From Schmidtea polychroa (Eukaryota): DNA of 64,000 nucleotides. Where the stretch lies: assembly GCA_044892525.1 (NCBI GenBank), contig CM097885.1:31000001-31064000 (forward strand), written 5' to 3'. Positions 11,840 through 26,000 of this stretch are shown in pieces; position 1 is the stretch's first letter; the number at the start of each line of letters is the position of its first letter. The position numbers were made by a program, and so were the translations under genes. The notes under the pieces were generated by a model. The model made no database searches. It was given only the letters and a program-made list of their open reading frames with translations, and was not told the DNA's origin.

Positions 11840-12738
11840 TTGTTACAATAATACAAATGCGTTAATCTTGAATATATAAAGGTATCTTTTTAGATTTTTA
11901 TTTCCAAGTTACAATAATTTTAATATACAAATACATCCAAATTACAATAAGTTTAAATTACAATGTTTACTTATAAAAGTAAAACAAAAATAATTAATCG
12001 TTCACCACTAATCATAAAAAGTAACAATTAATTATCAAGTATCCAATTTTTTAGATATCCCAAGCAATTTATTTGTCCGTTATTTCTTGGATCCATAATT
12101 GATTCGTGTAGTGGTTTGATAAAAAGATCTATTCGGGTTCATATTATTGTTAGGATTTGTTACGTATTTCGCGAATTGTAATGGATGAGGATGTTGGTCT
12201 ATGAGAGCCAACACTAAAACTATTGGGGGCCGGATACAGTTTATCTTGATAATAATGACATGGCATCGAATTTGCTTTACTCGTCTGAGATTGATTAATA
12301 GAGCCTGATTGATAAGTAGAAGTATTAGCTGATCGCTCGAATTTTGATTGACTATAATTGTGTTCTGATTGGTCCTTATNNNNNNNNNNNNNNNNNNNNN
12401 NNNNNNNNNNNNNNNNNNNNNNNNNNNNNNNNNNNNNNNNNNNNNNNNNNNNNNNNNNNNNNNNNNNNNNNNNNNNNNNNNNNNNNNNNNNNNNNNNNNN
12501 NNNNNNNNNNNNNNNNNNNNNNNNNNNNNNNNNNNNNNNNNNNNNNNNNNNNNNNNNTTAAGCCCGTGTAACGGCTCACTACAGAGTTCAAATTAGATTT
12601 GTATTTCTCATTGATGCTTTTTCATTTACAGTCATTTGCCCCTAATATCAAGCAAAAATCGATTGGATTGATGAAAAGTTGAATGATTGTGATTTGTGGA
12701 AATAATAAAAAGTTATTGTGTCGAGTTCTTATTCTGAT

Positions 12739-13103
12739 CATGGGCGTCCGCATGGAGGGGGGGGGGAACCCAAGACAAAAATAAATTTAATTTAAAGAGG
12801 CTTCCTGTTTTTTATCTTATTAATTATATCTGAAAATCAATGATTTCAAATCATCCTATTTGTATAAAAACTTTCAATATTAACTGACGTTCTGGTTATA
12901 AAAAATGTGTTCTCTTTTGTTAATTAATGAAAAAGGTTTTCTATTTTGTAAATAAACAAAAAAAGTCCCATTTTGTATAATGCCCCAAATATTTATTATA
13001 CACATCCATTTTTTTCAACCTACTTCCCCCGTAGAAAAAATGTCTACTTAGTAAAAAAAATCTTTTTGCCCCCCCCATTGGAAAAATTCTTGTGGGCGCC
13101 ATG
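12739..13103. mobile_element. hAT-family MITE (Ac-like target)
   Basis: Termini are CATGGGCGTCCGCA / TGTGGGCGCCATG with G/C-run subterminal motifs. The 8-bp TSD is ATTCTGAT / ATTTTGAT (7/8 match). Confidence 0.85.
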
Positions 13104-13479
13104 ATTTTGATCGACAGCACGTGGAGTTAAATTTACTACTCATATCCTACCGAACAATAATTACAACTTAAAAACAATTATAAATATTATCAATAAATAA
13201 TATTTATTATAAGAAATTTTTTTTCAAATTTCACTTCTGATTTCTTTTCAATTGACATTGTATTTATTCAAAAGCTTGACTATGAATCAGTAGAGATATT
13301 GATGATTTTTTATAATCACGAATTTTCGGAACTGCCTTTTTCAAGTATCTATTATTTTGTATTTTATATTTATATTATTGGACAATTTTATTTTTTAATT
13401 AAATTTTACATGATTTATTTAATTTATTTTAATGTTGATGGATGGTTTATGTTTCTGCTGCTAATCTTGGTAATGTATT

Positions 13480-13860
13480 TCTAAACGCATTTTGTTTCAT
13501 GTAAGAGTGGTACTGATTTTCCCAGTGTTCGGAATGTTCTGTGTTTCCGCTATGCACATTGCGTCGCATCTTGTGCAAGTGATTTGATATACAATGTTTT
13601 TTGAAAAGCAAAAACATTTGGTAGAGAAGTTGCATAGACAATCTCGATGAAATAGGTCTGATGTTGGAGATTTTTGAGACTTACGAAGTTGTGATTTCAA
13701 ATGTGCAGCGAAGGGTGGGAAAATATATACTGGTAAATCTGTTTTGCGGATGTAATATCTGGTGATATTGCATGTCTTATTGTTTAAGAAAGGAAAGCGT
13801 TCTGGTTTATTGGCATGTTCTTTTTGTGTATTGTAACAGTTGGAGCTATCTATATTCATT
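13480..13860 (-). pseudogene. Penelope-like element GIY-YIG endonuclease remnant
   Basis: CFSKNIVYQITCTRCDAMCIAET matches the PLE 'KNVVY.I.C..C...YIGET' motif and degenerates afterwards. Confidence 0.75.
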
Positions 13861-15319
13861 TAAAAGTTTTTTTCTACGAACTTTTTTGGGTATCCATTTT
13901 GCAAAAACGTGTTTTGAAGTTTTCAAGGGTTTCACGATAAATTTTAAATTCATAGTCAAGCTTTTTAATAAATCCATAAAAAAAGAAATCAGTGGTGAAA
14001 TCTGAAAAAATAAGTTCCTATAATAATAATTAATATCAGTTAATAATATCACTGAATAATAATTGTATTTGTAATATATTCAAATATCTATATAACGAAG
14101 TGGAAGGGACCAAAAAATTACTTCATTTAATGGAGATAATTATTTATTTCTATAAGATGGCAATGATCAGGTTGGTAGCTATTCGCTAATTTAATTGGGA
14201 ACCCTCCATAGTCTAATTAAATTTCGTACTCGTGAATGATACAATTGCTTTTCAATGATGTTCAGAGCCATTTATAGCAATTGCAGTAAATAAGTCTTTC
14301 TGAATTATTTAACAATAGAAGCACAAGTAATAATCAGAATGAGGAGATTAAATGTAATACAATACCATAATAAGAGAAAATCTGAGTTTTTTCTGATACT
14401 GATAACTTTCACGCTGCTGACCAATAATCTGTTCAAGTTCATCGATTTGTAGGTTACTGATTCCGCATTGGTTGCAAAATGAACGTAGAATATTAATACT
14501 GGCGGGTTTCAGTAACCATACATTTTATTTTGTCGTGCTGTTTCCTGCGTAACCCAGAATACAATAGTGTCTTACTGCTTGATACCCATTGAGTGATCAA
14601 TGTTGGTACTCTAACAAGTAGATGACTGCTCACAAAAAGTGAACGCATTGCTTGCACTATAATTGTCAAGCACTCCTTGGGTCCGCGGACTGCAGACAGA
14701 AGGCTTATGTACGATTTCTCCTCGTCCTTTACTAGATCGTTTTCCCCACTCCATTATACTTTCGTCATAATCACAATGCAGATATTTGAAAATTAAAATA
14801 TTTTAATAGATATTTATCTAGGCCCAAATTAATCTCTTCCTAGGTCATAGGAACTTTTAACAGTTCCAATTCCAAAGCAACTGGAGTTTGTTTTAAACTT
14901 TACAATAGCAACTAATACATATATTTGTAATTCTTTTTTAAGCTTTAACAGAAGCTTTAACATTCATTAAATTAATTTCTAAACAGTTTTTATCATTATC
15001 TTTATGAAAAATAATAAAATGTATCCATTCATTCGGACGATAATTAATCGAACCAATCAAAACATATCATCACGCTGCGAGACATCGAATGAATATGCTG
15101 ACTTATTTTCATGATTAATTATGCCAACAATTTTTATTAGTAGTTCACCTAACGTTTAACAATTACGTTACATAATTACAAAAAATTAATTAAAAGATGA
15201 ATCTTTCAACATATTTCAAATATTCAAGAGTAGGTAGCACGGAAGCAACCCCCCGGGAGTGATGATGCAAAAATTTTTTTGTTCAAAGGTTACGTAATTG
15301 CTGCAAAGGACTACACTTA

Positions 15320-15505
15320 TTTTTTCGGGAATTTTCAATACAAAAAAGGGCCTATAGAAAAAAAGCCATGTTTGTTCTGACTATAGTGAGGGGGTCTCGA
15401 TTGAACCTGGGATTTTCAATACGAAATCCGACTATCACTAAAAAAGCATGGATATTTCTGACAATAGTGAAGGTGTTCCAATTGATCCTGGGATTTTCAA
15501 TACAA
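15320..15505. repeat. 81-bp direct repeat, ~2.5 copies
   Basis: The core (C/G)GGGA(A)TTTTCAATAC recurs at about 15326, 15407 and 15488, with similar flanks (TTCTGAC(T/A)ATAGTGA). It lies next to an hAT transposase fragment and may be a subterminal repeat. Confidence 0.8.
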
Positions 15506-15548
15506 TAAGCGATAAAGTTAATGGACTTTAATGGATTTAATGGATACC

Positions 15549-15935
15549 TTAGATGGATTTTGATTTAGTTCGAAGTTCGGTATTGAATCGGTTGAGACAT
15601 TCCAGCATACCCTTTTGATTTTCAGCTGTCAGTTTGAGTCCTGCATCGGTGACCATCTCATCGGCTATTCGTTTTTTACATTGAAATCGTTTTTCTATTG
15701 GAATTTCGTATTTTTCTGATTTTATCGCACCAAGACCTATTGCTTTTTTACTATATGATCCCGTTTCTCTTGAATATAAAGACGAAGTGCCTCTATTTTT
15801 ATAACTAGCTGGACTCAAAAAACTCACGCCTTTATTTTGCAATGCAATCTGAGCGCAATTTATTTTCTTTAGTACATCATTCCAAAAGAAAAGATAACAC
15901 CATCATCAAAATTTTCAGCTAATACATTTACGTGC
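15549..15935 (-). pseudogene. hAT transposase fragment (ZMYM1-like group)
   Basis: WNDVLKKINCAQIALQNKGVSF...IPIEKRFQCKKRIADEMVTDAGLKLTAENQKGMLECLNRFNTELRTKSKSI resembles the hAT insertion-domain segment 'WNDIL.KIN.VSK.LQ.K..D...KR.R.KKR..DE......C.DRLI.EL..R'. Confidence 0.7.
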
Positions 15936-17004
15936 GTATCTATTCTCTAGTCACAGTCAGTAGAGTCACAGCTCACATTGTACAAATGTGAAATTTCAAT
16001 TTCTGCCGTGGTATTTATTATTCACTGTTAACAATTATTAGGAATTTGGCAAGATGGTCGGCTTATTTACATTGAGGTCAGGCCTTCATAATTCCATTCT
16101 AGCTGGTGATTGCGATTTACGCTGATTTCGCATAGAATCATCGAGTCTCTGCCTCGGTATTCTTGGTTATGCTTATAGCATTCGGGGGTGTGAGATTAGT
16201 CAGAGTTGGAACCATGATGAACCATTGGCAATTCCTCGGTTGTTGGTAGATATCTGATAACCGGGAAGTGGATATGCAGTGCCCTATCTCATGCATTCTC
16301 CTTATCAATCAGGGATCAAATCAAGTTCATGCTGCTGGATATTTTCATCAATTTAATAATAAAACGATTTCGTATAGACTTTTGTTTTGACATCTTAAAG
16401 TACTTCTAACAGTGATGGAAACAATCCTGCTTGTATTTAATCGATATTTTGACGTGTTTTGAATTTGACTTTACTTGATGTTGTATCAGCTTGCTATGTT
16501 TCGACGTATTGCAGTCACGCATCAACTATAGGAGCTTAAAATTAGTTTTAGCCCAACAAAATATTAATTTCTTTGTGTTTATATAAAATTCCATATAAAA
16601 TTAAATAATTTTTAATTCCTATAAGAAATCAGCTATCGCATTCGAGTTCTGAATCCGCATTAAAATCTATTAGTTAGCTGATTTGATGGCGAAATACTCA
16701 ATGCAACCCAAAATAATTGGGTCCACCATTTGCTTTTATCTCATCTTAAATGTCGTTATTGTAAATTTTGCGAACAAATATAAACAACCGTCAGCAAAAT
16801 CGTTAAATTAAAACTATTGAAAATTTATTCAATGATCAAAAGCAAAGATTTTTCAAAAAATTTATTAAAATATTTTCCATAATAAAAAACAACAAAATAT
16901 GTAATTGACAAAAATCTCAGAAACATGAAAACATTAAATTATTCTCAATAGAACTAATACAAACATAATGACACCTAAATTGAAATATTGGAATGAAAAA
17001 CATT

Positions 17005-20000
17005 TTAATCGTTTTCTTCTTTTATTTTTGCAGAGATTTTACGAGAGGGATTCGTTTTCAAAACAGGAATTTTCAATTCAGAGTTATTTGTTGAGATTTT
17101 GAAATCTTTCAATTTTTCATGAGTTAATCGCTTCTCAACAATATTATCTATGTTAATTTTTGATGATTTGATTAGGAAAATATAATGCAAATTTAACCAG
17201 ATTTTTCCGACGAACTCAATTTATGTTCATGACTTGTGCTGGTGTCAGAAAAGTTTGGATTCTCTCGTAAAAACTGGTCTTTCAATTCTATCCATACCGA
17301 CTTCAGAATTATGGAATCTTCAAATATCTGAATGTCACAGAAAGAATGCGAATTATAGTTAGAATCAGTCAAACTTACTAAACTTCCATCCATATTATAC
17401 ACTTGTGCATTCGAACATAACAGATTAATATCATGATTAAGTTCATAGATTGTTTTATATTTGTTTTCTTTGATTTTTTGTTTTATTCTTTTAAAATCCA
17501 TTGGCTGCTTTATAATTTCATAGTAGTCAGGTAGGTCTTTTTTAGATGGCAACTTTATAAACGGTTCGCTCAAAATACGGCCGTCCCTGAGAATTGAAAT
17601 AGGACATAGATTCAAATTAATTACATTTATTTATAATTTTGTTAATCTCCATTAATTACAAACATGTGGTGATATATTATAAAAACCAATAAAAAGAACC
17701 GCAGTAACAATTATTCCTATTGCTTCTATCAACAGATCTTGGAAATCAAAATTACATCGTTACGAAAATTTGTAAAGTAGAAGAAAAGAAAAAAAGTAAA
17801 AACCAAACCAAAAACAATAAATCTGAATTATTTATGTATTGACATAATGTGATTGTAAATTCCAAGCATATTTTGAATATCAAGATTTGAGAATGGGCCA
17901 AATTTTGTTGGGGGAAATAATTTGCAGGGGAAATTACATAACGATTGCAACAACAACAATATTAATAAGAATTTGACTAAAGAATTCTATATAAATTATT
18001 GTATAAGTAATATTAATTACATATTTGAATTTATTGACATTAGATTGACATTGGATTGTATAACCATGATATATATCCATAACATAATATATCCATTGCT
18101 TTGCCATTTGATTGCTAATAATTCCCTGAAAACGTTATGGATCGGTTATGGTCAGTATCGGTAATAACGTTTTAGGAAATAATCTCTTACATCTATCATT
18201 TTCAAATTGCAGTTTCTTTAAAATATTCAGAATTTCAAATTCAATTTCAATCTTCAATTTGATTTTTCATTTATATAAAATTTCATGCATCTTTACCCCT
18301 CCTGGAAACATTTTAATATTATCCAATATATCTTGACAGTATCGATGTCTGGGCATGATGAATTTACCCAGTGTAACAGGCTTATAACCAAGGGGTCAAA
18401 TATGTCCACTATATCATTTGATCCACTGTGGAGATAGCAGGTTATAAAGGTTACTTTGCAAATAATTACTTGTTTTCATATGACAAGAATGCGAGAAAAA
18501 AGATTTAATCAGAGGACGAAGCAGAAAAAGAAAGAAATAAAGATTCATAAAAATTTTTTATTGGAGTGATCAGGAACTATTTACGATCGAAATATTTTAT
18601 TATATGATTCTTTTATCAATAGATTTATTTTAAAAAACATCTATATTACTGTTATCATTATTTTTATTATTTGCTCTCCCTTTTTAATATATATTCAAAA
18701 TTAATAAAATATTAAATAAAATAATTATTTTCAGTTTTGAATGTTGCTTTAATTTTGATATCTATATCTCATTGTGTATTTCATTCAGCTTCATTATTTT
18801 CCCATTTTCCAATGTAATTATAATTTTTCAATTAATTCCTTAAGGAGTTTTGAACATCTAGGAAAAATTGAAAGGAAATTCGAAAAATAGAAAAAGTGTG
18901 ATAAATAAACGAAACTTTGGAGGCAGTTGTCCTCCAAAATTTATAATTTTGTTTGCAATATCGCAATGCAAAAAAACCGGGACAATTGAGCGTCCCGAAG
19001 ACCTCTTTCGGGACACCGGGACAATGATCTCAAAACCGGGACGTCAGGCAACCCTACGTTTGACGGCCAATTTTCATATATTTATTTGTTTATTTATTTT
19101 CAAAGTCAGATGTCGTGAAACACAATTGTGGACTTTCTTTAAATCTATATGACATGCTCTATAAATTGACTTATCTTTTAATGTAGTAGACGTATCTTAT
19201 TTTTGTTAGTCTTTACTGCATTATTGTAAATTTCAAACTGAGTCTCTTCTCCATTTTGTATTTTTTCTCTTATGCAATCAATTTTTAAAGACTTTTTGTC
19301 ACACTGAACCACCATTTCCTAGCATTAACACTAAAACTTGTTAATTTATTCTGCCTTTCTTTGGTTCTTCACATATCGTCTGACACTGTATACATACTTT
19401 GCATTCGTTTTGTGACAAAGCAACAATATTGCTTTGTCATTCACCTTTCCGGTACAATAATTCCATATATAGACTAATAGGGTGATTAATAAACGTTTGA
19501 AATTGTAATGTAATTGCCTTTTGGGTTATTAGTAANNNNNNNNNNNNNNNNNNNNNNNNNNNNNNNNNNNNNNNNNNNNNNNNNNNNNNNNNNNNNNNNN
19601 NNNNNNNNNNNNNNNNNNNNNNNNNNNNNNNNNNNNNNNNNNNNNNNNNNNNNNNNNNNNNNNNNNNNNNNNNNNNNNNNNNNNNNNNNNNNNNNNNNNN
19701 NNNNNNNNNNNNNNNNNNNNNNNNNNNNNNNNNNNNNNNNNNNNNNNNNNNNNNNNNNNNNNNNNNNNNNNNNNNNNNNNNNNNNNNNNNNNNNNNNNNN
19801 NNNNNNNNNNNNNNNNNNNNNNNNNNNNNNNNNNNNNNNNNNNNNNNNNNNNNNNNNNNNNNNNNNNNNNNNNNNNNNNNNNNNNNNNNNNNNNNNNNNN
19901 NNNNNNNNNNNNNNNNNNNNNNNNNNNNNNNNNNNNNNNNNNNNNNNNNNNNNNNNNNNNNNNNNNNNNNNNNNNNNNNNNNNNNNNNNNNNNNNNNNNN

Positions 20001-23000
20001 NNNNNNNNNNNNNNNNNNNNNNNNNNNNNNNNNNNNNNNNNNNNNNNNNNNNNNNNNNNNNNNNNNNNNNNNNNNNNNNNNNNNNNNNNNNNNNNNNNNN
20101 NNNNNNNNNNNNNNNNNNNNNNNNNNNNNNNNNNNNNNNNNNNNNNNNNNNNNNNNNNNNNNNNNNNNNNNNNNNNNNNNNNNNNNNNNNNNNNNNNNNN
20201 NNNNNNNNNNNNNNNNNNNNNNNNNNNNNNNNNNNNNNNNNNNNNNNNNNATTTATTCACTTACTTATCACGATAATTTAATAATTTATTAATTATGCTG
20301 AGATATTTAGTAGACAATAAATTATCATTGCAAGAAATTGAGTTATTAAAAGGTCTTCCTCTTTTCTTTTTCAAATTTGAAGAATCAAGTTCTGCTGGCG
20401 TGCATGGAACCTGAAAATAATGTATTGCCGTTAAATGAATGAAATTTAAATTTTACTTCCATTGACTTCTTTTTTTTCTTGATTTTATTTTCCACTGGCT
20501 TATCAACAAGATCTTCGTCAGGATCATCAATAATATGTCGCAAAAACTGTGCTTCTGTAAAAGAATCCGTATAGTCGACTTCTTTACGAATTCGTTTTTT
20601 GGATAAGCTGTCTGACAGTTCATTGGAAAATAAATTTCGTTCTAACTAGAATTTAAGATAATTTAGTGCATTTATACACTCAGTAAAAATGATATTGGTT
20701 ATCAAGGTATTAAATTGACAAATCATCATAATTTAACAATTTCGTAAAATAATCAAAATCTTCCGTGATATGCTTATTAAACTTTTGGCGCTTAATATTA
20801 TATTCTTCTTAACAGATAGCCTGTGAATACAAATCGAGCACTGAATTTTAATGTGGCTATTATATATAAATTAACCTAGTTCCCATTTATCATTAAATAA
20901 ATGTTACGCATCCTTTATTTTTTGCTTGTTAGTTGGAATTAGGAATTACATATTTTGATTAAAATTAAATTTTTTAATTGTTAAAGTCAATCACAATAAT
21001 AAATTGTCTAAGATAATAAGCAATACGTATTAATTATATTAAGTTAGATTTTTATATAATAATGTTTATATTTAATATAGATGTTTATTTTCTTGTTGTT
21101 TAACATGTTTTTGAAGTATTCCATTTCTTAAATTGGATTTTTAAAAAAAGTTAATAGTTTTTCGCGTTTCCACCAGTACTTGTCCTATATCTGGACGAAT
21201 TGTGACATATAATTCATGATCTACATCAGGAAAGTCGAAGTTAAGATTCGCATCATGTTTATAGCAAAGTTGACTAGTAGCTTTAAGGAGTCTTCCGTAT
21301 TTTACAATAACTGGAGCACCGTCAGTAGTTGAAGCAACAATATCGCAGTTCAAATCGATTAAAAATTCTTACAATCGTATTCTCACCAATTCCAAAGTTT
21401 TTTCAGAATTTCAAGACCCTTCAATAGGAATCAAGCCAAGAACAAACGATTTATGAATGGAATGAAGCGTGACATTCATTTATCTTCGTACGCGATTTTC
21501 AGTCCATTCATCGAATGTAATGCTAAATTTACAGTCATCTTTTTTCAAAGTTTGCAATTCTTTCTGGACTTCAGCAATTTTTTCATCATAAAAATCCATT
21601 ACATTTTTTTTACAATTGTTGCACTTTTTGGCATACTTAGGTTTCTACTTCTTACAAAGCCTATTATTGGTTAACATTTTGATATGGCCTGGAAAGAAAT
21701 CCCATCTTTTGCAGCGCATTTTGCGAGAATTTAATGACTCTCTTTTAACAAATTTCAAAATGTTAGTTTAGCAGGGTTTAATTTTTGAAGATGTTTCGTT
21801 TCCGGCTTCATCAGATAAATTTCTTTTTTGAAGATTGATGTCATGCATCTTTAAATGATTCATCATTGCAGTGGTTGTTAAACCACTATATTGTATTATT
21901 GTATTACCCACAAGTATCACATTTAAATTTCTCTTTCGACAGCTTTGTAAAATATTGCCAAACTAAAGACTTTTGATTCGACATTTAATAGGACTATTGA
22001 TTAATTAATTATTAATATGTATTATTATATGTATAACCCTTTTTAAAGTTAGTATATTTCTCTTGCAATGTTGGTTTTGTCGCAAGGCATCTTATCATCT
22101 TTGCTCACTCCAACTATCCATTGTCATTGCGGCACAGTTATTATCCTGTCGTCCCGAATCTACTGTATCTGTAATTTCGGTCCTTATATCCTCCTCGTAT
22201 TCTTCTTGGAGATACCTAAACTTGTTCCTTTTATCGCAGAATCTCGCTTGATGCGCTCCACCACACTCGAAACATCTCATTCCACTCTTTGCGCCGTTCG
22301 TATTAGCTGAAATGTGACCTTTCTTGCCGCAATGGTAACAAGTTCGTTCTTCTTTTGGTTTTATCAATTCATGTTTCTTACAGAATCGGGCTATGTGACC
22401 TAGTTCATTACATTTGTAACACTTACGATCCACCATTCTTGTAAGAGGCGCATCGTTGCGCCTTCAAACTTTCTATGATCTGCTTCAATCTTTGTATTTC
22501 TTTCTTTAATGCGACTATTGTTCCTTGATCCGAAAAACTGAACTTACTGAGCTGATGTCCTTCCATTGTTGTCATACCTTTGTCTTCCGCCTTTATTTCT
22601 TTCACAACTTCTAATGTTTTCGGCTGTCTACTTCTCAGGGCTGTTGAAAGCAAATTACGCTGTAACCCTTCGATAAAAGATTGAGTCATCATTCATTCCT
22701 TGTCTCCGTCGTACGCCATACATCGTAATCGTTCTTTTGACAAAACCAACGGTACTTTCGTTTCTTTCTTGTATTGTATCATTTAATATGTCGACTATAA
22801 CCGACGTTTTCGACTTCTTTTCACTCAGTAATTATCTTAGTAATTTTCTTAATTATGTTCCCCGATCTACTTAACAAAATCTTTTACTTTTTTCAAATGT
22901 TCTTCAAACTTTTCGTCACTGTGTCTCTTGAAGACTTTCAACTTTGAGTCTTTCATTAAATAGAAACTCTTGTAAGTATTCCTTTTTTGGTCGTGATGCC

Positions 23001-26000
23001 ATGTTATATATCCATAAAATTATAAAATTATAATAGTTCCAAATATATATTCCAATAAATAAGTATTATTGAAACAATTTTAAATTATGTTAATTTTAAA
23101 TTCTTTACAATAAAAACTTTTAAATTATAATATATGAATTAAATATTAATTTAATCCATATAACACTCAACCAGTGTGATAAACACAAAGATGATTTATT
23201 ATTAATTTGAAACGAGGATTATTATATCTTATCATAATTTCAGCTTAAGCGCCGCCATTCATGAAGAGATAACCCACATGTGATGATTCGTGTTTCTATT
23301 ACTCCCAGAAAACACAGTTTTCCTGTTTTCCGGGATTGTAAAGATGAATTGCTGGTAAAATTGTTCTCTCAATGAAAACTATTCAATTCAATATTTACTG
23401 TCAGCAATTGGGTTGTCTCGTGGCTAAAAAGCAAACGAATTGCAGACTCTTTCATGATAGAAATTTTATTTTTCATTAAATAAGCTTATTCAGGAAATTA
23501 ACTTGATATAAATCATTCGGGACCTAAATCAGAATTTATATTTTAAAATAATAAGAAAATATGTTACTTAGAAAGTCTTTAGAACTATTTCTATATATAT
23601 TTATAATTTTTGGCTCTCTGGTGTTTTTTCTAGTGTCAAATCTCCAGAAAAATATTTTCTTAGTTACGTAACATGGTAATTCATTGAATATCAAAATATT
23701 AAATTTATGTAGTTTCTTATTTCCCGTCTTTGGTATGTTAATGTAAAATAAGATTGCTGCCCAAATTTGTATTGCGTATGTATCATGTGAAGTCAGTAGT
23801 AAAAAATGGAATTCGACTGTATTTTGAGTTGTAGCAACAACATTTTGGAGTTTATTGATTGTTAACTATAATAAGAAAATCTGATTTTTCCATTAGAAAA
23901 GCTTTGAACACTGATAACACCGAAATATGTAAAAAGACAGAGGGAGTGATGTTGGTGATATGATACGTTCCGTATAGAGATGAAGTGGTGCCATGTTTCA
24001 CGAGCAGCTGTATTAGGGATTATTTAACTTTTTGAAATGATATATCTTCGGATTAAACTGTAAGTCACATAGAACTGGAATATACCGATGAGAAATCCAT
24101 ACTAGATTTTCCACAAATTGTTTCAATTCTAGAGTTTAGAATTCATGTTGAAATAAAAGGTGGCGATGTTCGAAAATAATTGAATGAATGAATATTTAAA
24201 CAATGTCTTTTAATTTACATGATTTAATAATGCATTTATCTTAATTATTAAATTAATATATTTATTAATTTAAATGTCAGAAGCACTACACATCACAATA
24301 ATGCAAAAAAATATTGATATACTGAATTTTTCTGCAACTAATACATAATAAGCGTTTACAAATCGTTTACATATTGCTTTGTAATAATAATTCTTATAGG
24401 AATGGCAACTTCAGCAACCATCTGGATTTCATTCAGTAGATCTCATTCACATTTCAAAAACATTACTATAAATAGATGTTAAGTAAAAAGTTATTTGAAA
24501 TTTAGATTGTCAATTCCTTTAAAATTGTAATTTTTATTTCTTGTTCTTTTAAATCAAAAATCCTGTGTAATTGGTTTATTAAAGGGAGGACACAGAAAAT
24601 ATGATTCTCATAAAAACTCATTTTAAGAATATTTTCACAAATTTTTATTAGAATCTTTGAAAATTTATTTTCTTATAAACAATACAGAATGAAAAATTTA
24701 TACTCTTCAGTTTTGTTTTATTTCACATTATCAGTTATAATTTAATTTGAAAATAATAATTTTTAAAAAAATATTCCCAAAATCTAACAATAACACAACA
24801 TAAGTTTTTAGATTATTATATTTGTCATCTCTCTAATTTTGTAAATTATAAATCGAAATGAACTTTTGGGTATTCTTAATAACCTTCAAAAATTGAAAGT
24901 AATTCTCGAAAACTCACAGTAGAGTCCATTGATTTATATTCAAAACTTTTATCTGGAATTTCTCGCATGTCGCTGTTCTATGTAACTGTTAAAGATGTAG
25001 AAATTTTATTTGTATTTTTTAAAATGTTTGTCTTGAATTTATTTTTCTATCACTTCTCCAATTTCTTTATTAAGTAATGTTCAATGAAATTGAAAAAAAT
25101 CATCACATGGAGTAGTTTATGTTTCTCAACTATGAGGTTATTGGTTTTTCTTATATAATAGGCAACGTAGTCCATTAAAAGAAGCTATAAACTCCTAGAT
25201 AACGCCAATCTTGTCAATGACAATCACAGACTTACAAAATGAATTAGTTTCATTTTTATTATTGAAATTTTACTTTATTAAAGGCTCCTATAAATTGTGC
25301 ATTGGAATGTTTAACTGTACACTAAATATTTCATATCATTAACAGTTAAGTGCATTGTAAATTGATAAATAATTTATTGAGACTTACTATAGCGTCATTT
25401 TTTACAATCCATGACGGTAGTTCATCATGGCTCATTAATCTTGACTTCAATTTGCCTCGTGAATTATCACTCATCATACGCTCAATGTCAAATCGTTGAT
25501 AAAGTTCAAACTCATCTTCAGATCTTGCTATCATTTGGTTTATAGTTTCGTCATCGGGACATTCATCTTCAGAATAGTCTTCCATTTCATCCTGATTCAG
25601 CAATGCTTGTAAAAACTGATGACGTTCTGTTCCTGTTGATTTTTGGTCAAACATTCCAGCTTGGATAACCTTTTCATCTACATTTAGTTTGAATCTAGCA
25701 GCGGCTAGAATCTTTTCTTCCACCGAATTATTCGTTATCAATCTCAGAACTCTAACCTAAATACACCCATAAATGGTAATTGCCATTAAAAAAGAAAGTT
25801 TAAATTGATAAAGGGTTTTAAGGCAAAAATAACATTAATGGTATTGAAAANNNNNNNNNNNNNNNNNNNNNNNNNNNNNNNNNNNNNNNNNNNNNNNNNN
25901 NNNNNNNNNNNNNNNNNNNNNNNNNNNNNNNNNNNNNNNNNNNNNNNNNNNNNNNNNNNNNNNNNNNNNNNNNNNNNNNNNNNNNNNNNNNNNNNNNNNN

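Noticed and set aside
14100-14780. GC-richer segment possibly from a retroelement gag/protease
   Set aside because: No diagnostic DSG/DTG, YxDD or knuckle motif could be read in any frame.
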